Assembly (NCBI GenBank): GCA_963805085.1
Contig: CAWDTA010000005.1
Span: 416,001 to 480,000 of the forward strand
Direction: 5' to 3'
Source of the DNA: an uncultured Veillonellaceae bacterium
GTDB taxonomy: Bacteria > Bacillota > Negativicutes > JARBTT01
DNA length: 64,000 nucleotides
The notes beneath the pieces were generated by a model. That model was not told the DNA's origin and did not search any database. It saw only the letters and a program-made list of their open reading frames with translations. The position numbers and the translations under genes were made by a program. This document shows positions 20,151-30,609 of this stretch, in pieces (position 1 is the first letter of the stretch; the number at the start of each line of letters is the position of its first letter).

Positions 20151-21168
20151 TATAGTCGTTCATGAAAATAAAAATAGCAAATTTGGCATGAATATGGGGA
20201 GATGGCGAATACTAGTTTTAATAGTATTTGCCATTTTGGCAATTTTAGGCTGTGGTGTTAGTTTATTAAAAGGGTCGGTGAATATTAGTTATACTGAAAT
20301 TTGGCAGATTTTAATTGAAAATGGAACAAGTGCTAAAGATCAAATCATTTTAAATATCCGTTTGCCACGCACGTTGGTTGCTGCTTTCGTAGGAATGAAT
20401 TTATCTCTGTCTGGGGCGATTTTGCAGGCAGTAATGAAAAATCCTTTAGCTGATCCGCATATTATTGGCATTTCTTCTGGTGCTGGTTTGGCTGGTGTCA
20501 TTATTATGATTTTATATCCGGCGATGGAATATTTGATTACTCCTGTGGCTTTCTTGGGGGCTATGGGAGCGGCAATTTGTATTTATATTTTAGCTTGGAA
20601 AGGTGGAATTCGCCCTGTTCGGATTATTTTAGCTGGGGTTGCAGTTTCAGCTTTTCTCGGTTCAGGGATTTCGTCACTAATGATTTTTTATAGTGATCGT
20701 GTGCATGGCGCACTCATGTGGATGGTTGGTGGGCTTGCAGCACGTAGCTGGCCACATGTTGATATTATTTTACCTTATGCCGCGATTGGGATGCTACTGG
20801 CTTTTTTGGGGGCGAAACATTTGAATATTTTGCAACTGGGGGACGAAATCGCTAGAGGTCTAGGTTTGCATGTTGAAATGACCCGTATTGCAATGACAGG
20901 TGTTGCGGCATTATTAGCGGCGAGTGCTGTTAGTGTTGTCGGGTTACTGGGGTTTGTGGGGCTTATTGTGCCACATGCTGCCCGTCTTATGATTGGATCC
21001 GATTATCGTTTTTTATTGCCTGCTTCGGCGCTTTTGGGAGTTGCAGTTGTTACTTTTAGCGATACTTTTGCACGAATTGTATTTTCACCGATTGAGTTGC
21101 CAGTAGGGGTTATTATGGCCTTTTTTGGAGCGCCATTCTTTCTCTTCTTGTTAAGGAGGGAACTATAA
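20140..21168 (+). CDS. FecCD/BtuC-type ABC permease
   Basis: IRLPR, NPLADPHIIGISSGA, GFVGLIVPH, ELPVG. Confidence 0.93.
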   Translation: MQNDIVVHENKNSKFGMNMGRWRILVLIVFAILAILGCGVSLLKGSVNISYTEIWQILIENGTSAKDQIILNIRLPRTLVAAFVGMNLSLSGAILQAVMKNPLADPHIIGISSGAGLAGVIIMILYPAMEYLITPVAFLGAMGAAICIYILAWKGGIRPVRIILAGVAVSAFLGSGISSLMIFYSDRVHGALMWMVGGLAARSWPHVDIILPYAAIGMLLAFLGAKHLNILQLGDEIARGLGLHVEMTRIAMTGVAALLAASAVSVVGLLGFVGLIVPHAARLMIGSDYRFLLPASALLGVAVVTFSDTFARIVFSPIELPVGVIMAFFGAPFFLFLLRREL

Positions 21169-21956
21169 TGGGTGTTATTAGAGCAAAAAATATAACGATT
21201 ACGTTAAATCATAAAGAAATACTAAAAGATATCAGTATTTCTATTCTTGAAGGTCAATGTACGGTTATTCTCGGTCCGAACGGCTCGGGAAAAAGTACTT
21301 TATTAAAGGCTTTAGCTGGCTTGTTAAAATGCAACGTAGGTACGATTTATTTTGATGAGCAAGAACTTCAGCGTATATCAAAACATCAATTAGCAAAGCA
21401 AATGGCAATCTTACCGCAGGGGGCGGAAGCACCGAAGGATCTAACGGTTGGTGATTTGGTTGACTACGGACGTTTTCCTCATCGTAAATGGTGGAGCAGT
21501 GCTCCAAAAGATGACAAAGAATGTGTCCTTTGGGCGCTAAAGCAAACGGGAATGGAGCAATTCAAGAATCGTTTGGTTAGCACCTTATCTGGAGGAGAGC
21601 GCCAACGCGCTTGGATTGCGATGGCACTGGCGCAAAAACCAAAAGTTTTATTATTAGATGAACCTACCACTTATTTAGATATTGCGCATCAGTTAGAGGT
21701 CATGAATATCGTATCGCGGCTAAATCGTGATAGTGGTATTTCAGTGGTGATGGTGCTGCACGATATTAATCATGCCATGCAGTTTGCCGATGAAATTGTC
21801 ATTTTAAAAGATGGGGAAATCTTTGCAAAAGGCGAACCAGAAAAAGTGATTACAGTTGATCTATTAGAAAAAGTATTTGGCGTAAGTGCAGATGTTTTTA
21901 TCAATCGTGAGGGTAGAACGGTACTAGTGCCAACGACTTATTCAAAGCCAGAATAA
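21168..21956 (+). CDS. ABC ATPase (FecE/BtuD type)
   Basis: GPNGSGKST, LSGGERQR, LLLDEPT, HDIN. Confidence 0.95.
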   Translation: MGVIRAKNITITLNHKEILKDISISILEGQCTVILGPNGSGKSTLLKALAGLLKCNVGTIYFDEQELQRISKHQLAKQMAILPQGAEAPKDLTVGDLVDYGRFPHRKWWSSAPKDDKECVLWALKQTGMEQFKNRLVSTLSGGERQRAWIAMALAQKPKVLLLDEPTTYLDIAHQLEVMNIVSRLNRDSGISVVMVLHDINHAMQFADEIVILKDGEIFAKGEPEKVITVDLLEKVFGVSADVFINREGRTVLVPTTYSKPE

Positions 21957-22045
21957 ACTAAGGAGTTATTGCGCAATAAAGCAATAGCTCCTTAGTTTAT
22001 TTCTACTATTATATGAAGTCTATAGGGAAGAAAGTTAATACAATT

Positions 22046-22141
22046 TTTGAAAATCATTATCATTTATCTTGACAAAAAAGATTATGTATTATATTATAAA
22101 TCCATAATAATGATTATGATTTTCATTATCATTATTATGGA
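22046..22141 (+). promoter_or_regulatory. Fur boxes flanking the feo promoter
   Basis: TGAAAATCATTATC upstream of TTGACA; long palindrome tccataataatgat...atcattattatgga (22101-22141). Confidence 0.85.
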
Positions 22142-22175
22142 TTTATAATTTATGAGTATGATTGGAGGAACAGAG

Positions 22176-22397
22176 ATGACATTAAATGATGTGAAACCAG
22201 GTACTACTGTGAGAATAGAAGGACTGGAAAATTCAAATATAAAATCTCGTCTTATGAGTATGGGGTTAATTAAGGGAACGTCAGTAAAAGTATTGCGCTC
22301 AGCGCCGATGGGGGATCCAATGGCTATATCGGTACGTTCGTATAATTTAGCAGTACGTGTAGCAGATGCAAAAAAAATTGCGGTGAGTGCAATATAA
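22176..22397 (+). CDS. feoA: Ferrous iron transport protein A
   Basis: RLMSMGLIKG, APMGDP. Confidence 0.95.
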   Translation: MTLNDVKPGTTVRIEGLENSNIKSRLMSMGLIKGTSVKVLRSAPMGDPMAISVRSYNLAVRVADAKKIAVSAI

Positions 22398-22417
22398 TTT
22401 TGAGGAGTTGATGGATA

Positions 22418-24307
22418 ATGGCAACACTTTCTGTGGCGTTAACAGGTAACCCGAATACAGGGAAAACAACAATATTTAATGCTTTAACAGGGGCGAGACA
22501 AAAAATTGGTAACTGGCCAGGGGTAACTGTAGATAAAAAAGTTGGTTATATAAATCACAATGACCGTGCGATTTCCGTGATTGATTTACCAGGTACTTAT
22601 AGTATTAATGCGCGCTCTGCTGAAGAGCAAATCGTAATTGATTATTTATTGAATGAAAAACCAGAAGTAGTGGTAAATGTATTAGATGCTTCCAATTTAG
22701 AACGTAACTTATTTTTAACGTTGCAATTACTTGAATATGGGATTCCAGTTATTCTTGATTTGAATATGATGGATGATGCCCAAAAACGTGGATTAAAGAT
22801 TAACGTCAAAGAATTAGAAGATCAGGTTGGAATGCCAGTGGTAGAAACCATTGCAAAAGATGGTAAAAGCATAAAAAAATTAATGGATGTTTTTACTGAG
22901 AAAACATTAGAGAATTATAGAGTAAGCCCTTTGATTGAAGCACACATTGCAAAAACCAAAGAAATAAATAATAGTAGTAGTAGTAAAGAAGAGATAGAAG
23001 AAGAAGTGATTACACTTCGGTATGCACTTATTGATAGTATTGTGGCAAAAGTTGTGAAAAGAAGTGGCGCGAGTACTTCTCTAACTGAAAAGATTGATCA
23101 TGTTTTTGCCAATGGATTTTTAGCTTTACCAATTATTTTAGCAATCATTTATGGTGTTTTTGAAATTACATTTACTTGGATAGGACAGCCAATGGCGGAT
23201 TTTATTAAGGATTTCATTGGTGATACTTTAACCCCTTGGGCTGCTGATGCATTGGCATCTTTAGAGGTTGCGGATTGGCTACAATCGTTGATTGTCGATG
23301 GAGTTATTCCTGGCGTTGGCGGTATATTGACTTTTGTGCCACTCATTTTCACCTTGTTTTTCTGCCTAAGCTTCTTGGATGGTACAGGGTATATGGCACG
23401 TGTTGCGTTTATAATGGATCCTGTTATGCGTCGTACCGGTCTTACAGGTAAAGGGGTAATGCCTCTTATTATGGGCTTTGGCTGCGCGGTTCCAGCGATT
23501 ATGGGAGCAAGGGCGTTGGACTCTGAAAAGGATAGAAGAATCGCAATGCTCGTTACTCCGTTCTTGACTTGCGGGGCAAAGCTTCCTGTTATGGCATTGT
23601 TTGCGGCTTTATTTTTCCCAGATGATGCAACGAATGTGGTGTTTTCTATTTATGTTGCTGGTGTTATTGTGGCGATTGTTATGGCGAAAGTTCTTAATTC
23701 TACTACTTTTAAAAGTGAGGAAAGCACTTTCTTATTAGAATTACCAACGTATAGATTTCCTGATATGAAAACAGTTTTTTTCGAAACTTGGGATAAGGGA
23801 AAAGGTTTTTTAGTCAAAGCTGGTACTATTATTTTTGCGATGTCGATCGTTATTTGGTTCTTGAGTAATTACAATTTCAGTGGGCAAGTTGAAATGGAAG
23901 AAAGCTTCTTAGCATCGATTGGTGCAGTTGTAGCGAATATATTTACGTTCCATGGTTTTGCTACTTGGGAGGCAGGTGCGGCTGTTATTACGGGTATTTT
24001 GGCGAAAGAAGCAATCGTATCTACGATGGGGGTTCTATATGGGGTTGCAGACATCGCGGATGACGCAGCGCAAGCGGCACAGCAAATGCAATCAACTATT
24101 GGTGCTTCATTTTCAGCACTTTCCGCGTACGCTTTTATGATCTTTATCGCATTGTATACGCCATGTATGACTGCGCTTGGGACGATTAAAAAAGAATTTT
24201 CCTCTTGGAAATGGACTTTGTTTTCTGCAAGTTATACCTTTGTTGTTGCATGGGTAGTCTCACTCGTGGTGTATCAAGTTGGTAAATTATTAGGGTTTGG
24301 TGCTTGA
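22418..24307 (+). CDS. feoB: Ferrous iron transport protein B
   Basis: GNPNTGKT, GNWPGVTV, DLPG, GFGCAVPA, YTPC. Confidence 0.97.
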   Translation: MATLSVALTGNPNTGKTTIFNALTGARQKIGNWPGVTVDKKVGYINHNDRAISVIDLPGTYSINARSAEEQIVIDYLLNEKPEVVVNVLDASNLERNLFLTLQLLEYGIPVILDLNMMDDAQKRGLKINVKELEDQVGMPVVETIAKDGKSIKKLMDVFTEKTLENYRVSPLIEAHIAKTKEINNSSSSKEEIEEEVITLRYALIDSIVAKVVKRSGASTSLTEKIDHVFANGFLALPIILAIIYGVFEITFTWIGQPMADFIKDFIGDTLTPWAADALASLEVADWLQSLIVDGVIPGVGGILTFVPLIFTLFFCLSFLDGTGYMARVAFIMDPVMRRTGLTGKGVMPLIMGFGCAVPAIMGARALDSEKDRRIAMLVTPFLTCGAKLPVMALFAALFFPDDATNVVFSIYVAGVIVAIVMAKVLNSTTFKSEESTFLLELPTYRFPDMKTVFFETWDKGKGFLVKAGTIIFAMSIVIWFLSNYNFSGQVEMEESFLASIGAVVANIFTFHGFATWEAGAAVITGILAKEAIVSTMGVLYGVADIADDAAQAAQQMQSTIGASFSALSAYAFMIFIALYTPCMTALGTIKKEFSSWKWTLFSASYTFVVAWVVSLVVYQVGKLLGFGA

Positions 24308-24402
24308 GTAACACAATTTAAATAAAACTAATTTTTTTATGGGAGGAACAGCATAAAAAAATTAGTTTTTCGAATATGGATGGCGTAAAGGAGAGGTTTA
24401 TT

Positions 24403-24576
24403 ATGACGACAGGCTTTATTTCAACAGTGGTTATTGCCATTGTGATTGGTTTTGTTTTTATGTTAGGAATGAGAAAAATCATTAGAAAATTTACGAAGGG
24501 CGAAAGCGATTGTTGCTCTACAGGAGGCGGTTGTGGTGGTTGCAGCGGTCAGTGTTCAGCAAAAGTAAAAAGTTAA
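24403..24576 (+). CDS. FeoB-associated Cys-rich membrane protein
   Basis: Single TM helix then CCSTGGGCGGCSGQC. Confidence 0.85.
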   Translation: MTTGFISTVVIAIVIGFVFMLGMRKIIRKFTKGESDCCSTGGGCGGCSGQCSAKVKS

Positions 24577-24616
24577 AAATATTTCTATATAGAAACTTTC
24601 TAGTAAAGGTGAAGTT

Positions 24617-25207
24617 ATGAATGATTTACTTTTGTCAGGAGATTTACATGAGATCGTAGATGCCTTTAGTACGACGTTAGATGCTAAAAGTACGTACACT
24701 TGTGGACACTCAGAAAGAGTTGCCGAAATATCTTTAGCAATGGCAAAGGTGTTAATTTTGCCCGAAAGTGAGCAAATGCGAATCCATATTGGTGCGCATC
24801 TCCACGATATTGGTAAAATCGGTATTCCTGATTGTATTTTAAACAAACCAGGAAAATTAAATGATATCGAATATGAAATGATGAAGACTCACCCTACGAT
24901 TGGTTATCATATTGTGAGTAAAATAAGAGTGTTAAAACCAATGGCCGATATTGTTCGGCATCATCACGAGCGTATTGATGGAAAAGGTTATCCAGATGGA
25001 TTAAAGGGTGACGAAATTTCCTTAGCTTCGCGAATTGTTGCGATTGCAGATACGTTTGATGCGATGACAAGTCAGCGAGCATATCGTAAAAAGCTAAGCA
25101 TAGCTGAGGCGATTGCAGAGCTAAAGCGTCATCAAGGCACGCAATTCGATGTGGCTATTATTGACGTTGTTATTGATAATAAAATATTGGAGAAGTTTGA
25201 TTTTTGA
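24617..25207 (+). CDS. Stand-alone HD-GYP phosphodiesterase
   Basis: HSERV, LHDIGK, HHHERIDGKGYPDG, RAYR. Confidence 0.92.
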   Translation: MNDLLLSGDLHEIVDAFSTTLDAKSTYTCGHSERVAEISLAMAKVLILPESEQMRIHIGAHLHDIGKIGIPDCILNKPGKLNDIEYEMMKTHPTIGYHIVSKIRVLKPMADIVRHHHERIDGKGYPDGLKGDEISLASRIVAIADTFDAMTSQRAYRKKLSIAEAIAELKRHQGTQFDVAIIDVVIDNKILEKFDF

Positions 25208-25351
25208 TTAGAAAACTATTACAAAATATGTGTGATAGTTTTCTTTTGTTTATCAAACTGAAAAGTGTATTTGTGAAAGGAAAGCATTTATCGTAGAAAC
25301 AATCTGTTATATAATAAATAAAGTAAAAAATCAGAGTTAGGAGATTCTTAT

Positions 25352-25903
25352 ATGAAGAAATGGTTAATAGTTTATTCAAGTAATACTGGCAATACAAGAC
25401 AAGTGGCAGCAGCGATAGGGGAAGAGTTAGCCGACAAAGCGGTTATAAAAGACATAAAAGAAAAGCCTAGTATCGATGAATTTGATGTCATCGTGATTGG
25501 CTTTTGGGTAACCCGAGGAGCCCCGGACCCTTTCTCAAAAGAGTTTTTAGCAAGTGTCAAACATAAGCAAGTTGTTTTATTTCAAACATTAGGCGCAGAT
25601 CCTATTAGTGAACATGCGGTTACTAGCTTAGCAAAAGCAGCTTACTTAGTAGGGGAAGGTTGTAATATTCTGGGTACTTTTTCTTGCCGTGGAAAAATCA
25701 ATCCAGCGTTACTTGAAAAACGTAGAAATTTGCCGGTAGATAACCCGCATCATCATAGTGAAGCTAATTTGAAACGTTGGGAGGCTGCTGCATCGCATCC
25801 TGATAGTGCGGACTTAGACCGGGCACGGGTTTTTATTGATAATATGCAACGTAAATTGGTTATGTTAGAAAATATAATAAGCGTTAATAAATACCTTCTG
25901 TAA
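25352..25903 (+). CDS. Flavodoxin family protein
   Basis: YSSNTGNTRQVA, GFW, HPDSADL. Confidence 0.85.
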   Translation: MKKWLIVYSSNTGNTRQVAAAIGEELADKAVIKDIKEKPSIDEFDVIVIGFWVTRGAPDPFSKEFLASVKHKQVVLFQTLGADPISEHAVTSLAKAAYLVGEGCNILGTFSCRGKINPALLEKRRNLPVDNPHHHSEANLKRWEAAASHPDSADLDRARVFIDNMQRKLVMLENIISVNKYLL

Positions 25904-25973
25904 GTATATTGACAATATTGAATAGTAATGATAATATGAATAAAATATATATTTTGTTTAAAATTGCATAAGA

Positions 25974-26133
25974 AGAGTTAGGTGTCCTTGAAGGACTTAA
26001 TAGGGAAGTTTGGTGAAATGCCAACGCGGTCCCGCCACTGTAATAGGGAGCGATTCCAATATATGCCACTGAACAACTGTTTCGGGAAGGTTTGGAGGAG
26101 CGATGACCTAGAGCCAGGAGAACTGCCTAATTG
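25974..26133 (+). ncRNA. Cobalamin riboswitch
   Basis: AGGTGT...AATAGGGAA...GCGGTCCCGCCACTGT...GCCACTG...GGGAAGG...GAGCCAGGAGAACTGCCT. Confidence 0.95.
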
Positions 26134-26578
26134 ACGATCACCGTTTGACCTGCGAGCGATGGGAAGGGGATTAATAGAGTAATCTATTTTTCTCGACTAT
26201 TTTTAAATTGTCGAGATTTTTATTTTAGATTGATTTATTATAGCTAATTAGCCTCTTTTTACGTTACGTAGAAAGGGCTTTTATTATTTCGTCGAAAAGT
26301 TTTTCCTGCTTTTTAGCTTTTGCAGGGAAATATTGCTCATATAGTTTAGTTGCCTTGTTGCGTTTTTTGCGTAACTTATGTTCCTACGCTCATAGGAACA
26401 TATTTTTTCAATCAACAGTCAAATCGGCTGTTATGATAGATAGTCTTGGACGTTGCCATGCAACGTCCAAGACTATTGATTTTTATGATTGTAAAAGCAA
26501 CATTCATGGTAAGTGAAAATTTTCCTTTCTATTCTCTTCGTTATATAATAAAATTAGAAATTATGTCTTGCAATAGAG

Positions 26579-27427
26579 GTGAATAAAGTGATTGAAATCC
26601 AAACCTTAGTAAAAAAATTTGGCAAACGAACTGCTGTAAATGGGCTAAATTTAGAAATAGAACAAGGTGAAATCTTTGGCCTGCTTGGTCCAAATGGTGC
26701 GGGAAAAACGACAACAATTCGCATGTTAACAATGTTAACGAAGCCAACATCCGGTGATATCCTGATTAATGGCCTTCATATTGGGCGGGATGACGAAAAA
26801 ATCAAAGCCTTGATTGGTGTTGTTCCGCAACATATTAATTTAGATCAAGATTTGACGGTTGGTGAAAATCTTGAATTGCATGGTCGTCTACATCATATGT
26901 CTGAAAGTCAACGCAAGACGCGTACGATGGAATTACTAGATTATGTAGAGCTAACTGAACGTGTTCATGATCGTGTACAATCCTTATCGGGTGGGATGAA
27001 ACGTAGACTTTTAATCGCTCGGGCTTTGATGCACCAGCCGAAAATCTTATTGTTAGATGAACCTACGGTTGCCCTTGATCCACAAGTCAGAAGGCGATTG
27101 TGGGATTTGATTCGCCGGATGCATAACGATCATATTACGGTACTGCTTACGACGCATTATATTGAAGAAGCTGAAAATCTTTGTAATCGTGTGGCTATTA
27201 TGGAAAAGGGGAAGCTGATTGCTCTCGATACACCGGTTAGTCTATGCCAACACGTTGGTGCTTATGTGGTGGAATGGGAAGGGGATACTGGGCGTAAATA
27301 CAACTTTTTTACAGCGCGAGAACAAGCTGCAGACTTTGCTGGTACACTTGATGCCACAACAATGATTCGCCATTCAAATTTAGAAGACGTTTTTGTAGAG
27401 TTGACAGGAAGAAAGGTGATCGATTGA
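26579..27427 (+). CDS. ABC exporter ATPase (DrrA/NodI-like)
   Basis: GPNGAGKTT, LSGGMKRR, DEPT, TTHYIEEA. Confidence 0.92.
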   Translation: MNKVIEIQTLVKKFGKRTAVNGLNLEIEQGEIFGLLGPNGAGKTTTIRMLTMLTKPTSGDILINGLHIGRDDEKIKALIGVVPQHINLDQDLTVGENLELHGRLHHMSESQRKTRTMELLDYVELTERVHDRVQSLSGGMKRRLLIARALMHQPKILLLDEPTVALDPQVRRRLWDLIRRMHNDHITVLLTTHYIEEAENLCNRVAIMEKGKLIALDTPVSLCQHVGAYVVEWEGDTGRKYNFFTAREQAADFAGTLDATTMIRHSNLEDVFVELTGRKVID

Positions 27428-28173
27428 TGCTTTACGATATTATGACAGTATTTTGGCGGGATTGGTTGGTATTGAAACGGCGGTTGGGTAAATTTTTGTT
27501 AAGTCGTATGGTGGCACCTATGCTATATTTGGTTGCTTTTGGCTGGGGGTTAGGTAGGAGTATTCCGGCGACAACAACTGGCGGAAGCTATCTGGATTTT
27601 CTCGTTCCGGGGATTTTGGCATTAAATTCGATGAATATTAGTTTTAATAGTGTTGGACCGTCTTTGCATACCGCTCGCATGTATCATAAAAGTTTAGAAG
27701 AATATCTAGTGGCACCTATTAAGCCCTTGGCATTTATTATTGGTAAAATTGCGGCAGGTACCCTGCGAGGAATACTATCTTCGCTAATTATTGTCGTTAT
27801 GGCCTATGCTTTTGGTGCCAATTTTCACATCAATATTCTTTTTGTTAGTGTAGTAGCGATTAATTGTATTATTTTTTCGGCACTCGGTTTTATTACAGCG
27901 ATGATGATAAGTTCGCATGAAGATATGGGGAGTGTCAATACGTACTTGTTATTACCGATGTCGTTTCTCTGTGGAACTTTTTTTTCACCTGATAAGTTAC
28001 CAATGATTTTTAAGGTCGTTATCGAAGTATTACCACTTACCCATACGAGCACATTGCTGCGAAGCATTGGCACCGGCAATGAAGTTTCGTTAGTTTCATT
28101 GGTTGTTTTACTTATATATGTAGTTGTATTGATTGGAATTTGTATCTGGACGATGCATAGAGTGTGTAAATAA
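27424..28173 (+). CDS. ABC-2 type exporter permease
   Basis: YLDFLVPGI, LCGTFF, LPLTH; multiple TM helices. Confidence 0.9.
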   Translation: MMLYDIMTVFWRDWLVLKRRLGKFLLSRMVAPMLYLVAFGWGLGRSIPATTTGGSYLDFLVPGILALNSMNISFNSVGPSLHTARMYHKSLEEYLVAPIKPLAFIIGKIAAGTLRGILSSLIIVVMAYAFGANFHINILFVSVVAINCIIFSALGFITAMMISSHEDMGSVNTYLLLPMSFLCGTFFSPDKLPMIFKVVIEVLPLTHTSTLLRSIGTGNEVSLVSLVVLLIYVVVLIGICIWTMHRVCK

Positions 28174-28317
28174 GTAATGAGGATTTCTTTTAATATGCAT
28201 TTTGCGTATTGCGCAGCAGTAGTATAATGGCAAATCGTATAGTAATAAAATATTTGACAACGTAATAGTATTGTGATATTATATATAAGTAAGTTAACGA
28301 ACTAGTTAACACTACAT

Positions 28318-28400
28318 GCGGGTGTGGCGGAATTGGCAGACGCACCAGACTTAGGATCTGGCGGGTAACCGTGGGGGTTCAAGTCCCTTCACCCGCACCA
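28318..28400 (+). tRNA. tRNA-Leu(TAG)
   Basis: GCGGGTG/CACCCGC acceptor, anticodon TAG, variable arm, CCA. Confidence 0.97.
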
Positions 28401-28672
28401 TTTGATGATATGACCTCTGTAGAAAGTTGCAGAGGTTTTTTGTATGCAAATATAATGAATTATTATTTTATAATTGTATCATGTCGTTATTGAGAAGTTT
28501 AGCATGTACCAAATTCTAAAAATAGATAGAAATTTATTCTATGCACATATATCACTAATTAGGATTTTATTGAGTTTACAGGATAAATATAGTACAATTA
28601 AATGGCGAATATTAAAAAAAATGCTAAAAACAGTAAAATTTGTAACAAAAAAGAAGAGGAGCGTCATCTGCT

Positions 28673-30388
28673 ATGAATTTTTTGAACAATATCAAGGTCG
28701 GTTTCAAAATAGGCATTTTAGTTTTAACTGCGTTGATAGTAGTAGCTATTGTTGGTGGAATAGGATATTTGTATTTGCAAAAAAGCAATGTTAGTATGAG
28801 TGTAATGTATGAAGAGCGATTGATTCCAGTAAGACTGATTAACGAAGTTAGGGCATCTGTAGCAATGACAAATTCAGCGATTTTAGAATTAATGATTACC
28901 ACGGATGATAATAAAAATAAAGAACTTGAAAAATTTATAGAGGATAACTCAAAACGATCAAATGACGTATTTGCCAAGCTTGAAAAAGTTAATTTAGATG
29001 ATAAAGGAAAAACCATATTTGCAAAGGTACAAACCATTAAAGATAAGTACCGGAATGAACGTAAATCTGTTATTGCTTTAGCTGATCAAAATAAAAATGA
29101 AGAAGCATATCATCTTTATAGCGCTAAAGTACAGCCGTTAGCTGCTGAATATATAGCAAATTTACAAGAGCTATCTATATATTATTCTGAAATATCAGAA
29201 AAAATGGAGAATGATAATGAGATTGCGGCTAGTCAAGCGAATAAAATTATATTGGGGATAATTTTATTTGCTGTTATCATTTTAGGGATAAGTGGAGTAT
29301 ATATTAATAAAACCATAGCCAACCCATTACATATGATGGTGAATGTTTGCAAAGAAATGGCAAATGGTGATTTTAGAGATAAACCACGGAGAGTGCTTAG
29401 AAAAGACGAAATTGGTGAAGTGGCAGATGCTTTGGCTAATATGCGAGATAGTCTTCGTGGTTTAATGAAGCATGTGAATGTTTCTGTGGAACAATTGGCA
29501 GCGTCGTCAGAAGAATTGACTGCTAGTGCAGATCAATCAGCAGAGGCAGCTACTCAAGTGGCTATATCTATTACCGATGTGGCAAAAGGTGCTGAAGAAC
29601 AGTTGCAAGCAGCGAATCACACGTCCTCAGCGGTAGAGCAAATATCCGCAAGTATTCAGCAGATTTCGGCTAATGCGAATGAAGTAGCTGGACAAGCGAT
29701 GCAGGCGGAAGAACAAGCAACTAAAGGGAATCAATCCGTTGGTAAAGCTGTTGCACAGATGAAATCAATTGAAGAAACGGTAGTTTCTTCCGCGCAGGTC
29801 GTAAAGAAATTGGGGGAACGTTCCAAAGAAATTGGACAAATTGTTGATACGATTTCTGGCATTGCTGGACAGACCAATTTACTTGCTCTCAATGCTGCAA
29901 TTGAAGCAGCCCGTGCTGGTGAACAAGGACGTGGCTTTGCCGTTGTTGCTGAAGAAGTTCGTAAATTAGCTGAACAATCACAAGATGCAGCGAAACAAAT
30001 CGCGAGCTTAATTGGTGAAATACAGGGTGAAACAGAAAAAGCAGTAGCTGCGATGGACGATGGTACGCGTGAAGTCAAGATCGGTGCCGAAGTTGTGAAT
30101 GAATCAGGTCTGGCTTTCCAAGATATTGCCACTAGAGTCAATCATGTAACTGGTCAAGTAAAAGAAATATCTCAAGCAATAGATCATATGGCGGAAGGTA
30201 GTCAAAAAATTTTTGCATCGGTTCAAAGGATCGATCAGTTGAGCAAAAATGCTTCAAGTGAATCACAATCGGTATCAGCAGCAACCGAAGAACAGTCTGC
30301 ATCTATGGAAGAAATTGCTTCAGCTAGTCAATCGTTAGCTAAATTGGCGATGGATCTCCGCTCTGAGGTTGGCAAATTTAACATTTAA
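28673..30388 (+). CDS. Methyl-accepting chemotaxis protein (4HB sensor)
   Basis: MYEERLIP 4HB_MCP motif, HAMP, MCP signalling motif. Confidence 0.95.
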   Translation: MNFLNNIKVGFKIGILVLTALIVVAIVGGIGYLYLQKSNVSMSVMYEERLIPVRLINEVRASVAMTNSAILELMITTDDNKNKELEKFIEDNSKRSNDVFAKLEKVNLDDKGKTIFAKVQTIKDKYRNERKSVIALADQNKNEEAYHLYSAKVQPLAAEYIANLQELSIYYSEISEKMENDNEIAASQANKIILGIILFAVIILGISGVYINKTIANPLHMMVNVCKEMANGDFRDKPRRVLRKDEIGEVADALANMRDSLRGLMKHVNVSVEQLAASSEELTASADQSAEAATQVAISITDVAKGAEEQLQAANHTSSAVEQISASIQQISANANEVAGQAMQAEEQATKGNQSVGKAVAQMKSIEETVVSSAQVVKKLGERSKEIGQIVDTISGIAGQTNLLALNAAIEAARAGEQGRGFAVVAEEVRKLAEQSQDAAKQIASLIGEIQGETEKAVAAMDDGTREVKIGAEVVNESGLAFQDIATRVNHVTGQVKEISQAIDHMAEGSQKIFASVQRIDQLSKNASSESQSVSAATEEQSASMEEIASASQSLAKLAMDLRSEVGKFNI

Positions 30389-30609
30389 ACGAAAATAAGA
30401 ATGATATATGTTGGTTTTTAGTGTATAAAGTGCTCTTACTAGTAAAATTTTTACTAGTAAGAGCTTTTTTTATCTATGTTTGTTATAAAAACTAAAGTCA
30501 TCTTTTGCAAAAAAAGCAAGAGATGACTTTAGTTTTTATTTCGTATTAATATCAATGTTACGTGGTTTCCATTTTAAAATAATTTTGACTTTTCTGCTTG
30601 TTTGGTTAA

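Noticed and set aside
13035-28400. Genomic island between the tRNA loci
   Set aside because: No integrase and no duplicated tRNA 3' end seen; contents look like native metabolic genes.
29731-30141. Antisense ORFs within MCP genes (also 39256..39519 and others)
   Set aside because: Shadow frames of the conserved MCP signalling sequence.
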